Origin: a virus | Taxonomy: Duplodnaviria > Caudoviricetes | Strand: one strand, 5' to 3' | Virus record (IMG/VR): IMGVR_UViG_3300036982_000553 | Span: 1-36,858 of that record | DNA: 36,858 nucleotides | In this document: in pieces, positions 1 through 8,121 of the stretch | How the letters are laid out: each line of letters opens with the position of its first letter | Position numbering within the stretch: the stretch's first letter is position 1 | Made by a program: the position numbers and the translations under genes | Notes under the pieces: model-generated | Told to the model about the DNA's origin: nothing | Databases searched by the model: none | Seen by the model: the letters and a program-made list of their open reading frames with translations, nothing else

Positions 1-127
1 TTACTCTTCTCGTCCTCTGTCATACTAGCTTCCTCCCCTGCACGAACTCGCGGTATGCCGGTCGCTCGTGCGGGTCCTTCTGCGTCTGCCTGAGCTTGAT
101 GAAGCCCCGATGCGTCATGGGCCTCCC
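1..127. repeat. Terminal direct repeat, copy 1 (circular-assembly overlap)
   Basis: Bases 1-127 are identical to 36732-36858. 127 is a common assembler k-mer size, and the repeat cuts through a gene. Confidence 0.95.
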
Positions 128-328
128 GCAGACGAAGCAGGCATCCGTCGGTCGCTCGAGGACGAACTCGATGCAATCAGGGCACATCCACCGTTGGACC
201 AAGTGAGGCTTGACCTTGCGGTTCACATCAGGGAGCGGCTTGAAACAACGCAGGCAGGTCTTTGGGATGGGTTGGTGCAGGGCGGCCTCACCGACGACCT
301 TCTTGGCACATCCCTTGCAGATGGTCAC
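20..328 (-). CDS. Cys-rich zinc-finger protein
   Basis: Four CxxC pairs (CKGC, CLRC, CPDC, CFVC); GTGA start/stop overlap with the upstream gene. Confidence 0.65.
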   Translation of the reverse strand: MTICKGCAKKVVGEAALHQPIPKTCLRCFKPLPDVNRKVKPHLVQRWMCPDCIEFVLERPTDACFVCGRPMTHRGFIKLRQTQKDPHERPAYREFVQGRKLV

Positions 329-939
329 TCGGTCCCCTCCTTGAGTTCGACCTCGACCTCGAACACGACCGACTTCACCGCCAAGGACTTCACAATGGCA
401 CGGCAGGACAGCCCGAGCATCTTCAAGACCTGCGCCTCGAGTACCTCAGTCCCGACCTCGATCGGCACCTGGTGGAACTCAACAACGGGAGGGGGTATTG
501 GTGGGCCTGGGTTGATGGTCGTCGTTACGTTGACCTCGGAGTTCGTGCATGTCACCACGCCCGAGTGGTCGACAAATTGCTTCTTGCACGCCTTTTCGTG
601 CCGGTCCCGCCATCCTGCCTTTGCGAACACTCGGTCACAGTTACGGCAAGGAAAGGAGACCACCTTCTCCCCCCGGTTGCCCGCCGCCATCGGTGGGGCC
701 TTGTGATTCATGCGCTTGAGTAGATCTCGGGCGCGTTCACGGTTGCAGTAGTGCGTCGCGTCCTGCCCCCTGACCTCTCGGACGAAGGTATCGTCCACCA
801 ACCGACGGATGGGGCCAACGAGCTTCCCAGGCGGCAGATCGAGATAGGCGGCTACCTGTCTCATGGTCGAGAGGTCCGAGAGGTCGATCACGGCAAGGAT
901 GTCAAGTTCGAAGGTCGACAATGCCTGTCGGTTGTTCAT
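325..939 (-). CDS. Winged-helix (MarR-like) plus C2H2 zinc-finger protein, putative transcription regulator
   Basis: N-terminal LSTFELDIL...TMRQVAAYLDL...IRRLVDDTFV is wHTH-like; CRNC-x8-RDRHEKAC finger; GAGGTG RBS and ATGA overlap place the start at 939. Confidence 0.65.
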   Translation of the reverse strand: MNNRQALSTFELDILAVIDLSDLSTMRQVAAYLDLPPGKLVGPIRRLVDDTFVREVRGQDATHYCNRERARDLLKRMNHKAPPMAAGNRGEKVVSFPCRNCDRVFAKAGWRDRHEKACKKQFVDHSGVVTCTNSEVNVTTTINPGPPIPPPVVEFHQVPIEVGTEVLEAQVLKMLGLSCRAIVKSLAVKSVVFEVEVELKEGTE

Positions 940-1124
940 GGCATACACCTCGCAAAGACCTCACAGAGACCGCCACGCTCGACTCTTCGTTTCTTGAGTG
1001 CGCAGAACAGAGGGTCGTTGGTCGTGTGGTTCGTGTCAGGGACGGGTTGACTGTGCTTGCAGTTCCCACAGCAGTCCTCATAGGTCTTGAAGGGTTTCCA
1101 ATTGTGCCAATCGACCTCATTCAT
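936..1124 (-). CDS. Small Cys-rich protein
   Basis: CCGNCKH...C...C pattern; GGAGG RBS; translational coupling with neighbours. Confidence 0.6.
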   Translation of the reverse strand: MNEVDWHNWKPFKTYEDCCGNCKHSQPVPDTNHTTNDPLFCALKKRRVERGGLCEVFARCMP

Positions 1125-1392
1125 GGTTGCCCTCCTGCATGTCCTTGACCGCCAGGCGGTAGCCCAAAAGCTTGCCCTGGTCCCTGAAGGCCGCGTTGAC
1201 CATGTCCTTCATGCGTGCGTCATTCGCACTTGCCTCATACTTGAGTCGGTCGATCTCCCTCTGCAAATCATGAATCTTACGGCCCTCCGCTCGGACCTCT
1301 TCGCGAGTATCGTAGTACCTCTGCTCGAGCGCCTTGTACGGACTGACATTCGGTTTGTCTGCCCCACATTCGTTGCATCTGACCATATTCAT
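1117..1392 (-). CDS. Hypothetical protein with CxxC and coiled coil
   Basis: CNEC followed by heptad-rich IHDLQREIDRLKYE; GGAGGAG RBS; ATGA overlap. Confidence 0.6.
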   Translation of the reverse strand: MNMVRCNECGADKPNVSPYKALEQRYYDTREEVRAEGRKIHDLQREIDRLKYEASANDARMKDMVNAAFRDQGKLLGYRLAVKDMQEGNHE

Positions 1393-1559
1393 CTCCTCCT
1401 TAGCTCTTCCCACTTCACCATCTTGCGTATGCGCACCCCGACCGAACTCGGCCCCAGGTCTATCGCCAATCCGATCTCTTGCACATTCTTGCCTTCGAGG
1501 TACAACCGAGCGATCTCTCGGTCGACCTCTCCGCTGTCACGCGCTGATATGATCACCAT
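1389..1559 (-). CDS. Small helix-turn-helix protein
   Basis: IARLYLEGKNVQEIGLAIDLGPSSVGVRI is a typical HTH pattern; GGAGGGG RBS. Confidence 0.65.
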   Translation of the reverse strand: MVIISARDSGEVDREIARLYLEGKNVQEIGLAIDLGPSSVGVRIRKMVKWEELRRR

Positions 1560-1834
1560 TCGGTCTGCCCCTCCCTGTCGATTCCGTAGACAACGCCCTC
1601 CTGATAGACTCGGTAAGGCCATTGCTTGCGGTGTAGCAGGCGAGAGAGAGACCGCATGAGCACACGCCGCCTCGACACAGGATGTCGCTCTATGTGCCGT
1701 TTGCGGCCTTCCTTGGTCGTCTCGGTGACCACCCGGTCGATGGACTCTAGGTTCTCATCGAGCCATGCGTCCCCAACCACCGTGAGTTCGTAGAGGATCC
1801 TCCTGAACTGCTCGTCGCTGATCTCAGACAACAA
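1553..1834 (-). CDS. Hypothetical protein
   Basis: Tiles the gap between neighbours with short overlaps; GGAGGCGGAG upstream of a TTG start. Confidence 0.5.
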   Translation of the reverse strand: MLSEISDEQFRRILYELTVVGDAWLDENLESIDRVVTETTKEGRKRHIERHPVSRRRVLMRSLSRLLHRKQWPYRVYQEGVVYGIDREGQTEW

Positions 1835-2369
1835 TCTCCGCCTCCAGTTGCTTCTTGAATCCCTCGACCATGCCCTTCTGCTTCTCGTCGAGTATCGAGA
1901 CCACGAAGGGATAGAGCTTCGTCACCAGGATGACCGTGTTCTGCGCTAGGTTGACGTTCTGTGCGACATTCACCTCGAGGTGGTTCTGCGGCATCGGCGG
2001 CAGGATGCCCACGCTCTGATACATCTGCAACCGCTGAGTCGCACACGACCGCAAGGTCGCCAGGGCCTGCAACTTCTCGTAGGTCTTGGCCTCCCCTGCA
2101 TGGAACATCCACCAAGCATTGCGCTCCATCTCGTCCAGGGACATTGAGTAGTTGACCGCGAACTCCTCGGCGGTCATCTTGGAGAGCTTGAAGGCCTCGT
2201 CCCTCCTCAGCATCTCGATGTCGCGCTCGATGGTGCGCACCGTGACCTCGAGCTCGGCGGCGATCACCTTGACCGGCACGCGGGCGACCAGGCGGCGCTT
2301 GACCTTCTCCCGCCGCTCCTCCCCGAGCTCCTTGATTGCCTTACCCATCCCCGGTTCCTCTTGCGACAT
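1824..2369 (-). CDS. Probable terminase small subunit (N-terminal HTH)
   Basis: HTH (PVKVIAAELEVTVRTIERDI), helical oligomerisation segment, and a beta-prone tail (LEVNVAQNVNLAQNTVI): the usual TerS layout. It lies upstream of TerL on the circular map. Confidence 0.6.
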   Translation of the reverse strand: MSQEEPGMGKAIKELGEERREKVKRRLVARVPVKVIAAELEVTVRTIERDIEMLRRDEAFKLSKMTAEEFAVNYSMSLDEMERNAWWMFHAGEAKTYEKLQALATLRSCATQRLQMYQSVGILPPMPQNHLEVNVAQNVNLAQNTVILVTKLYPFVVSILDEKQKGMVEGFKKQLEAEIVV

Positions 2370-2395
2370 AAGATGACATCTCGTGCACTTAGACC

Positions 2396-2875
2396 TTACT
2401 CATGAGGGCGTGCAGGGTGTTCTACCTGGTCGGCACCCCAGCGCGTGTTGCACCACGAACAGATGTAGGTGCGTTGGGCATTGGGGGCGTTGGACGCGGG
2501 TTCCTCGACGAGCAAGCGCTCACAGATCTTGCATGTAGGAGACATGCCGCCAGGGGTGTACGCCTGCTCGAAGAAGTCCTTGCCTACGGAGTAGACAAAA
2601 TGACCGGGGCTCTCGACTAGGTAATCCCCTGCTTCGTAGTCCTTCGCGCCCTCAAGGGTTTTCACCTGTCCGGGCCGTGTCGTCCGGTAGGCGTTGACCT
2701 CACGCGGGTTTCTCAGCCATCGCTCCCAGACCAGGCAGGGGCGGAGTATCCCATAGCAATCCTTGATTCTTGGCTCGATGTTCTCGGTCAACTCGCACGG
2801 CTCAGAGCCGCAGGTCACTATCTCGCAGAGGTGGCAAGCCTCGGTCGTGCCTTTCTTGTATTGGTTACACAGCAT
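2396..2875 (-). CDS. PGDYG-like domain protein with Cys motifs
   Basis: VKTLEG...AGDYLV...YSVGKDFFEQAY resembles the phage TLEG/GDY family; CHLC, CKIC and CSWC motifs; GGTGA RBS. Confidence 0.55.
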   Translation of the reverse strand: MLCNQYKKGTTEACHLCEIVTCGSEPCELTENIEPRIKDCYGILRPCLVWERWLRNPREVNAYRTTRPGQVKTLEGAKDYEAGDYLVESPGHFVYSVGKDFFEQAYTPGGMSPTCKICERLLVEEPASNAPNAQRTYICSWCNTRWGADQVEHPARPHE

Positions 2876-2879
2876 GTAC

Positions 2880-3602
2880 TCACCAAGTGATTCTCGTTTG
2901 AAGTCGGGTTTGAGCTCCAGGGAACTCTCGAAGGGGGAAGGCCGTGCCTATGACCTCGTTCTTGGTGAACACGGCGACGTTGTCCCGTCGGCAGACGGTG
3001 ATCAGTTCGGCGGCCCACTTGACGAGGTCTTGCTTGTGTTGGTCCTTGATGCGCTTGCCTGTGACCTCCCCTATGATGGCCCAGTCGACGCCTTCGAGGT
3101 TGAGGTCCTTGGAGGATGGACCGAACAGGGGCTCGAAGCTGACGAACTTGATGGGGCGGGTATGCATGTCGTGGATGGCTAGGAGGGTCTGTAGTCGGTG
3201 GTCATGGCTCTCAGGTCGCTCGACCGTCGTCCCTATCCAGCAGTTCTTGGGCATGGGGTACTCCCTGTAACGCTCAGGGTTCTTGGTGAGGAACTGGAAG
3301 GTCAGCTCTGGGTGCCGACGGCAGGCCTCGATCACGGGGCTTATCCATTCGTCAGGGACCCAATGCCCGAACAGGTCGCCCATGTTGCAGACGAATACCT
3401 TCGAGCCTGCGGGTATCTTGAACTCCTTCTCGTTGATCTTCTCAGGGCGGAAGGTTGGGGTGAAGCCCTCCTTATAGATGCGCTTGGCGGTTCTTGCGGC
3501 GTAGCATCCATCGGGGCCGTAGTCGCATCCGTGCAGACATCCGGTGACCGGGTTCCAGGTGAAGTCGGTCCATTCGATCTTGCCGGGACCTTGGGGGTTC
3601 AC
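2880..3602 (-). CDS. DUF5131 / Gp37Gp68 family protein (three-Cys, radical-SAM-like)
   Basis: Signature KIEWTDFTWNPVTGC...GC...CYA, VFVCNMGDLF, FQFLTKNPER, FVSFEPL and WAIIGE motifs; GAGGTGA RBS before GTG at 3602. Confidence 0.9.
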   Translation of the reverse strand: MNPQGPGKIEWTDFTWNPVTGCLHGCDYGPDGCYAARTAKRIYKEGFTPTFRPEKINEKEFKIPAGSKVFVCNMGDLFGHWVPDEWISPVIEACRRHPELTFQFLTKNPERYREYPMPKNCWIGTTVERPESHDHRLQTLLAIHDMHTRPIKFVSFEPLFGPSSKDLNLEGVDWAIIGEVTGKRIKDQHKQDLVKWAAELITVCRRDNVAVFTKNEVIGTAFPLREFPGAQTRLQTRITW

Positions 3603-3754
3603 CGTCTCACCTCGTCCCTGAACATCAGGCATTCATACCAGGGGTCCTCAGCCTCAGCGACGGCCCCACAGACCTTGCACACGACCTGAAAGTCGCGTCC
3701 GGCCTCGTCCTCACGAATCTTCAACACCGGTGTGTGCTTGATGCAGGCCTTCAC
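3599..3754 (-). CDS. Small CxxC protein, 51 aa (not in the ORF track)
   Basis: Manual translation MKACIKHTPVLKIREDEAGRDFQVVCKVCGAVAEAEDPWYECLMFRDEVRR; GTGA overlaps at both ends fill the gap exactly. Confidence 0.6.
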   Translation of the reverse strand: MKACIKHTPVLKIREDEAGRDFQVVCKVCGAVAEAEDPWYECLMFRDEVRR

Positions 3755-4233
3755 TTGGTCACCTTCTCCTCGTGGCCGCGCTCGATCGAACGCACATCAC
3801 AGTTCGGGTTCATGCAGAAGTACCAATACCCAACGATTCCGTTCTTCACACCTTCTTGCGACCGCATCTCGCTACCGCACTTGGGGCACTTCTTTGAGCA
3901 TGGCGGCACCAGTTTGATGAACCAATGTACCCAGAGCAGTCGGTCATCCTTGGGCTCCTTGCCCCACCAGATCTGCTTGACCGCCTTCCTAAACTCCTGC
4001 TCGGAGTCGCATCCCTCGTTTCTGTAGAGTTTGGTCGCAATCGTTCCGTATGGGACCTGCCCGACCGACATAATCTGGAAGGTCGCTCCGAAGGCTGGAA
4101 AGGTGTCTCTATACTCTCCCATCTTCTTCGTCCTGCTCGTTACTACCTTGACATTCTCAAGCATCGACTTCTTCCACCGCTTCGAGAACGGTATCTCAAC
4201 CTCTGTCATGTCCTTCCTCCAATCCTCGCTCAC
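3751..4233 (-). CDS. ASCH/PUA-like domain protein with C-terminal zinc ribbon
   Basis: IPFSKRWKKSMLENVKVVTSR and EGCDSEQEFRKAVKQIW...WVHWF match the ASCH pattern; CPKC...CMNPNC ribbon. Confidence 0.65.
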   Translation of the reverse strand: MSEDWRKDMTEVEIPFSKRWKKSMLENVKVVTSRTKKMGEYRDTFPAFGATFQIMSVGQVPYGTIATKLYRNEGCDSEQEFRKAVKQIWWGKEPKDDRLLWVHWFIKLVPPCSKKCPKCGSEMRSQEGVKNGIVGYWYFCMNPNCDVRSIERGHEEKVTK

Positions 4234-4882
4234 AGGCGATTATGATCTCCTCGCAGAGTTCCCTCGGCACGATGCCTCGCTTGATGGCGGTCATGTTTCC
4301 CCATGCACGGACCTGCCCGTGCGCTCCTCCCTGGACGCCTTGCAGTCCCGTCTTGCCGCCTCGAGAGGCTATCTCATGACAGGGTGACCTCGGCTTGCAG
4401 ACTGGCCTTGGCTTCCATGCCATGCAGTTATTCCAGATGTCGGTCGGCTTCTGATACCCGAGTCCGTACTGGCAGTAGGTGACGGTCGACCGGTTCCAAC
4501 CCTGCATGAAGTTCATCATGCGGAGCATCCCCCTGGGGTTCTCGATGAAGTAGTAGGTCGGTTCGAGTTCTCGGATGATGGCGAGTGTCCGGCGCACTAT
4601 CTCCATCCCATCGAGCGCACCCTTAGAGATTGGGATGCGGCGAGGGCCGAACTTCTTCCAGTTCCTGCTGATTGCGGCGACGCTGAACGCTGTGCATGGT
4701 GGGGACGCCCCGATCACATCGGGCCGCCAACCCCCCAGTACCTTCGGCTCGAAATGATGGATTCGTGCACAGTAGGTTGGTTTGAAACGAGGGTTGCTGT
4801 CGAGCGTCCGGCAATCATGTCCCCGTTCCTCCGCCACTTTCGTGAACGACTTGGTGCCACAAAAGAGTTCTAAGCACTTCGT
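4196..4882 (-). CDS. Compact C5-cytosine DNA methyltransferase-like protein
   Basis: Motif I LELFCG, catalytic SPPC, IENPRG, YCQYG..QKPTDIW. Start is uncertain: ACG at 4882 behind GAGGGGG, or GTG at 4978. Confidence 0.8.
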   Translation of the reverse strand, partial: TKCLELFCGTKSFTKVAEERGHDCRTLDSNPRFKPTYCARIHHFEPKVLGGWRPDVIGASPPCTAFSVAAISRNWKKFGPRRIPISKGALDGMEIVRRTLAIIRELEPTYYFIENPRGMLRMMNFMQGWNRSTVTYCQYGLGYQKPTDIWNNCMAWKPRPVCKPRSPCHEIASRGGKTGLQGVQGGAHGQVRAWGNMTAIKRGIVPRELCEEIIIACERGLEEGHDRG

Positions 4883-5793
4883 CTCGTTAACCCCCTCTTC
4901 CTGACCACCGAACGCTCGTAATCCTTGTAGTCGCACGACCAGTAGAGCGCGGGCCGGTTCGCCCAATGACGCAACCACTTAGTGCGTTCACTAGGGACCC
5001 GGTCGATATTGAACATGACAAAGGATGTCACACCCCACCCCTTGAGGGCACGGCAACGGGCGAGTGCGGAGTCGAAGGCCTTACCGTCGTTGGAATCGAG
5101 GTAGACGTAGAACATGCACCGATGCCGGATGGGAACCCCCGCCTCTTTCAGTACTTCAAGTCCTTTGGTCACCTGCTTGCCGTACCGTTCGTCGTCATAG
5201 GCGAACTTCATCGGCTTGGCCCACTTCAACTCGTTGAGCCGGGCGGCTATCTGTGGTGTCATGTAACGGATGTCCATGCCGCCCTCAATTAGGCGGAGTT
5301 TCTGGTCACGAATCCATGCGCTCGTTTCCATGAACCAATCTTTGTTGGCGACCCAGTTGTTGTCCATGATCATGATGGTATCGAAACGGTCGTCGTGGAA
5401 CTCTTGCGGGTGCTGTGCGCGGGTGAGTCGGCCCTCCTTCTGCGGGACAATGCAGAAGCGGCACCTGCGGGTACACCCCCGCGTCGTGAACCCCATCGAG
5501 TACGCTTGGTCAGGGTAGAGGTCATAGTCCGGCTTGATGTTCTCGATCTCGGCCTCGAGGCGGGTTGAAAGGTCAAAGCCCGACCCACCCACGACTATCT
5601 TGGCATCGGGGTGCATGAACCTCAGCCCGTCGGACTTGTAACGGTTCTTCTTGAACACGATAGACGCATAGACGAGATCGGGGTCGCCTATGTGCCAGCC
5701 GACCGTGTCACCCTGGGCCTTGTGGTGTGCGCTCAGCTTCATGAGTGCCAGGTTCGGCTGAAGCGAGTCCACATCCACAAGCAGTACTTTCAT
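4870..5793 (-). CDS. Radical SAM protein
   Basis: TTRGCTRRCRFC (CxxxCxxC), IMDNN, GMDIRY; N-terminal PNLALMKLS segment seen in phage radical-SAM proteins. Confidence 0.9.
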   Translation of the reverse strand: MKVLLVDVDSLQPNLALMKLSAHHKAQGDTVGWHIGDPDLVYASIVFKKNRYKSDGLRFMHPDAKIVVGGSGFDLSTRLEAEIENIKPDYDLYPDQAYSMGFTTRGCTRRCRFCIVPQKEGRLTRAQHPQEFHDDRFDTIMIMDNNWVANKDWFMETSAWIRDQKLRLIEGGMDIRYMTPQIAARLNELKWAKPMKFAYDDERYGKQVTKGLEVLKEAGVPIRHRCMFYVYLDSNDGKAFDSALARCRALKGWGVTSFVMFNIDRVPSERTKWLRHWANRPALYWSCDYKDYERSVVRKRGLTRRSA

Positions 5794-5998
5794 CCTTGCC
5801 TCCTGCCTTCTTCAAGGCATCGACCTCTCCTTTCAACTGCACGACCAACTGTGCAAGGTCCTTGTAGGCCTTCGCCGCCTGCAGGTGAGTGATCTCGCAC
5901 CTGATCAGGCGGCAGTCGGTACACCGGCACTTCAGGTCGTGTCCGTTCGGCATCCTCTGTTCCTTCTTGGCGTCCTTCTCTGCCCTTCTGTGCGACAT
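5708..5998 (-). CDS. Hypothetical protein with HxxxCxCxxC motif and coiled coil
   Basis: GAGGTGA RBS before ATG; HDLKCRCTDC; overlaps the radical SAM start by about 85 bp. Confidence 0.5.
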   Translation of the reverse strand: MSHRRAEKDAKKEQRMPNGHDLKCRCTDCRLIRCEITHLQAAKAYKDLAQLVVQLKGEVDALKKAGGKDESTACGCGLASAEPGTHEAERTPQGPG

Positions 5999-6001
5999 GA
6001 T

Positions 6002-6451
6002 TCACCTCGGGTATGTCGGATGGTATGTCTCGGCTATGTGATCGAGAGACTCTAGGCCCCTGAATGCCTTCGTGTCGAACAGGGTAACCGCGAAGGGCCT
6101 CCGAATGAACAGGCCGCGTATCTCGCCCTCACCGAAGCACGCGCAGAACTCTCGGATGAACCTTGCGCATGATTGTGGAGTGGTGCAGGAGAACACGTCG
6201 ATGGCCATGTAGTTGAACTCCGGCCAGGTCGAAACGGTCGCGTGAGACTCTGCCAAGATCACGGTGGCGGTCACTCCGATAGGCTCGAAGTGATAGATCA
6301 GCGATGTCCTCACATTGAGACCTGCCCTCTCTGCGGCGTCCTTCATGTGGTCCAGTAGCTTCGCTTCATTGAAGCACTCCATCGGTGGAGAGAACTCCGC
6401 CAACACCTCGTAGCCTATTGTCCTGATTCCGTCGTCTGCTTTTGGTCGCAT
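6002..6451 (-). CDS. speD: S-adenosylmethionine decarboxylase proenzyme-like protein (pyruvoyl-dependent, class 1B)
   Basis: HFEPIGVTATVILAE-SH self-cleavage site, TWPE and IDVFSC motifs; GGGTGA RBS before ATG 6451. Confidence 0.85.
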   Translation of the reverse strand: MRPKADDGIRTIGYEVLAEFSPPMECFNEAKLLDHMKDAAERAGLNVRTSLIYHFEPIGVTATVILAESHATVSTWPEFNYMAIDVFSCTTPQSCARFIREFCACFGEGEIRGLFIRRPFAVTLFDTKAFRGLESLDHIAETYHPTYPR

Positions 6452-6455
6452 GTTG

Positions 6456-6557
6456 TCACCCGTCGATTCGCTCCACCCAGACGACATCGCTCTCCTGGAT
6501 GTTCACGAAGTCATCATTCACCAGTCCAATCATGTTGCCGTCCACGAACGCTTTCAT
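6456..6557 (-). CDS. Micro-protein, 33 aa (MKAFVDGNMIGLVNDDFVNIQESDVVWVERIDG)
   Basis: GGAGG RBS; ATGA overlap with the methyltransferase stop; fills the gap to speD. Confidence 0.5.
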   Translation of the reverse strand: MKAFVDGNMIGLVNDDFVNIQESDVVWVERIDG

Positions 6558-7489
6558 GCTTTCTTGCCCTCCTTTCTGAAGATCAGGGTGTACTCGTGTT
6601 GTCTCGGGACCAGGTACTTCTTGATGAACGAGTACAGGAATGTCTGCCCGAAGGATGCCCCCCAGTCCATGATGTGACAATCCCATTGACGCACTCCGTA
6701 GGGGTTCGAGTTGAACAGTTGTATCGTGTCTCCGTGATAGTTGTAGAACCGTCCACCCTTTCGGAAGTCCATGACGTTCCAGACGATGAACCCGCCCGGC
6801 TTCACGACGCGACAACACTCGTGGATGATCTCCTTCATCGTGCCCATGAACTCATCGTAGGTCTGAGCGCGACCTGCCTGCCTCTTGTCATCCCCGTAGT
6901 CCTCGATGTCCCAATACGGCGGAGAGGTCCACCCGACCATGTCGACCGAGTTGTCCTCGAGGTCGACCTTACGCGAATCATGATCGAGCACCTGTACGCG
7001 GTCGTCGATTCGTAGCTCGACTCGGACCTTACGCATGAAGTCAAGGAACTCCTGCGACACGTCATAGCCTATGTACCGCCGCTGAAGTCTCCACGCGGCC
7101 TGCATCTGCGCACCCTGACCGGCGAAGGGGTCGAAGATCAAGTCTCCCGGCTTCGAGTAGAACTTGTAGTAGAACACCAGGATGTTGTATGGTGCCTGAG
7201 ACAGCCCGCCCTTCCGTGCGCCGCATCCGGCTAGGGCGAACTCATGCGGCACGCCGGCGGCCACCATCTGCCCCTGCGGTCGATGATAGTTGCCCCGGTA
7301 CTCGTTGACGTAAGTCACAATGTAATCCCGGTTCAGGTGCTTTCTCACTCGGACGATGGACATGGGACGCTCGCCGAACTTCGCCTGTATCTCGTCGGCC
7401 TGCCGGTCCGACCGCTTGCGGAGACCGTAGTACTTGGGGTGGATGCCCCCGCCCTTCTCGTACCGTGTCTTATCCGGCGTTTTCGTCAT
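6554..7489 (-). CDS. Amino-group (N4-C/N6-A) DNA methyltransferase, SPPY type
   Basis: Motif I FDPFAGQG precedes motif IV TSPPYW; RVVKPGG and HEYTLIFRK motifs; GGAGG RBS before ATG 7489. Confidence 0.88.
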   Translation of the reverse strand: MTKTPDKTRYEKGGGIHPKYYGLRKRSDRQADEIQAKFGERPMSIVRVRKHLNRDYIVTYVNEYRGNYHRPQGQMVAAGVPHEFALAGCGARKGGLSQAPYNILVFYYKFYSKPGDLIFDPFAGQGAQMQAAWRLQRRYIGYDVSQEFLDFMRKVRVELRIDDRVQVLDHDSRKVDLEDNSVDMVGWTSPPYWDIEDYGDDKRQAGRAQTYDEFMGTMKEIIHECCRVVKPGGFIVWNVMDFRKGGRFYNYHGDTIQLFNSNPYGVRQWDCHIMDWGASFGQTFLYSFIKKYLVPRQHEYTLIFRKEGKKA

Positions 7490-8111
7490 GGACCGCCTCC
7501 ACCGATGCAATCAGGGCCATGAAGCGGTCGGCAGGTGTTTCACCCTCAAAACGCTTGAGTACCTCAAGGACGCGGTCTTTCTCCTCGGTTGTGAGCTCGA
7601 CCGCGTAGACCTCTGTTCTTCCAGCCGCTTTTCTGAACGAAGCGGAGTCTGAGATGTTCTTGTCTATATCCGAGAGTTTGAGGTCCTCGAGACCCATATC
7701 GATGTGATCGAGCACTTGGTTCTCAGTCATACCGATAGCCATTGCGATCTCCTTGGGGTCCTTCCTCTTGCTGAGGTCGGCAATGAGCTTGGCGAGCTTG
7801 ATCACATCAGGGTCGCCTCTCAGGATGTTGAGAGCCATCGTCTTGATCTTGGCCTCGTCGTCGTCTGCCTCGATGACCAAGGCCCAGACCTCCTCCGACC
7901 CGATCTCCTTGGCGACCGTCCACCTGTGTTCGCCGTCGATGATCTCCAACTTCTTGCCCCGCCGGCGGGCGAGGATAGGCTGGAGCATCAACTGAGGGTC
8001 CTCCTCTGCGATGCGCTTCTTCAGGGAGGCCATCTTGACCTCGTCAACGACGTTCGGGTTCCATGCGTTCGCTACGAACTTGTCCACTTTCACCTTTTCG
8101 TATTCCGCCAT
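7470..8111 (-). CDS. ParB/Sulfiredoxin-like N-terminal domain protein
   Basis: NAWNPN, QPILAR, IIDGEHRW and LNILRG motifs, followed by an HTH-like segment; adjacent to a methyltransferase as is common in phages. Confidence 0.85.
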   Translation of the reverse strand: MAEYEKVKVDKFVANAWNPNVVDEVKMASLKKRIAEEDPQLMLQPILARRRGKKLEIIDGEHRWTVAKEIGSEEVWALVIEADDDEAKIKTMALNILRGDPDVIKLAKLIADLSKRKDPKEIAMAIGMTENQVLDHIDMGLEDLKLSDIDKNISDSASFRKAAGRTEVYAVELTTEEKDRVLEVLKRFEGETPADRFMALIASVEAVHDENAG

Positions 8112-8121
8112 AGTTCAACCT

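Noticed and set aside
1-127. End repeat as a biological terminal repeat
   Set aside because: Its length equals a common assembler k-mer and it cuts through a gene; best read as a circularisation overlap.
5790-6005. Alternative 71-aa ORF between speD and the radical SAM gene
   Set aside because: It has neat overlaps, but the 5708-5998 frame has a better-spaced GAGGTGA RBS and a more protein-like Cys/coiled-coil sequence. Not fully resolved.
7470-8111. ParB-like gene as a plasmid-type partition system
   Set aside because: No ParA or parS-like array seen; the position beside a methyltransferase fits the modification-associated ParB/Srx class.
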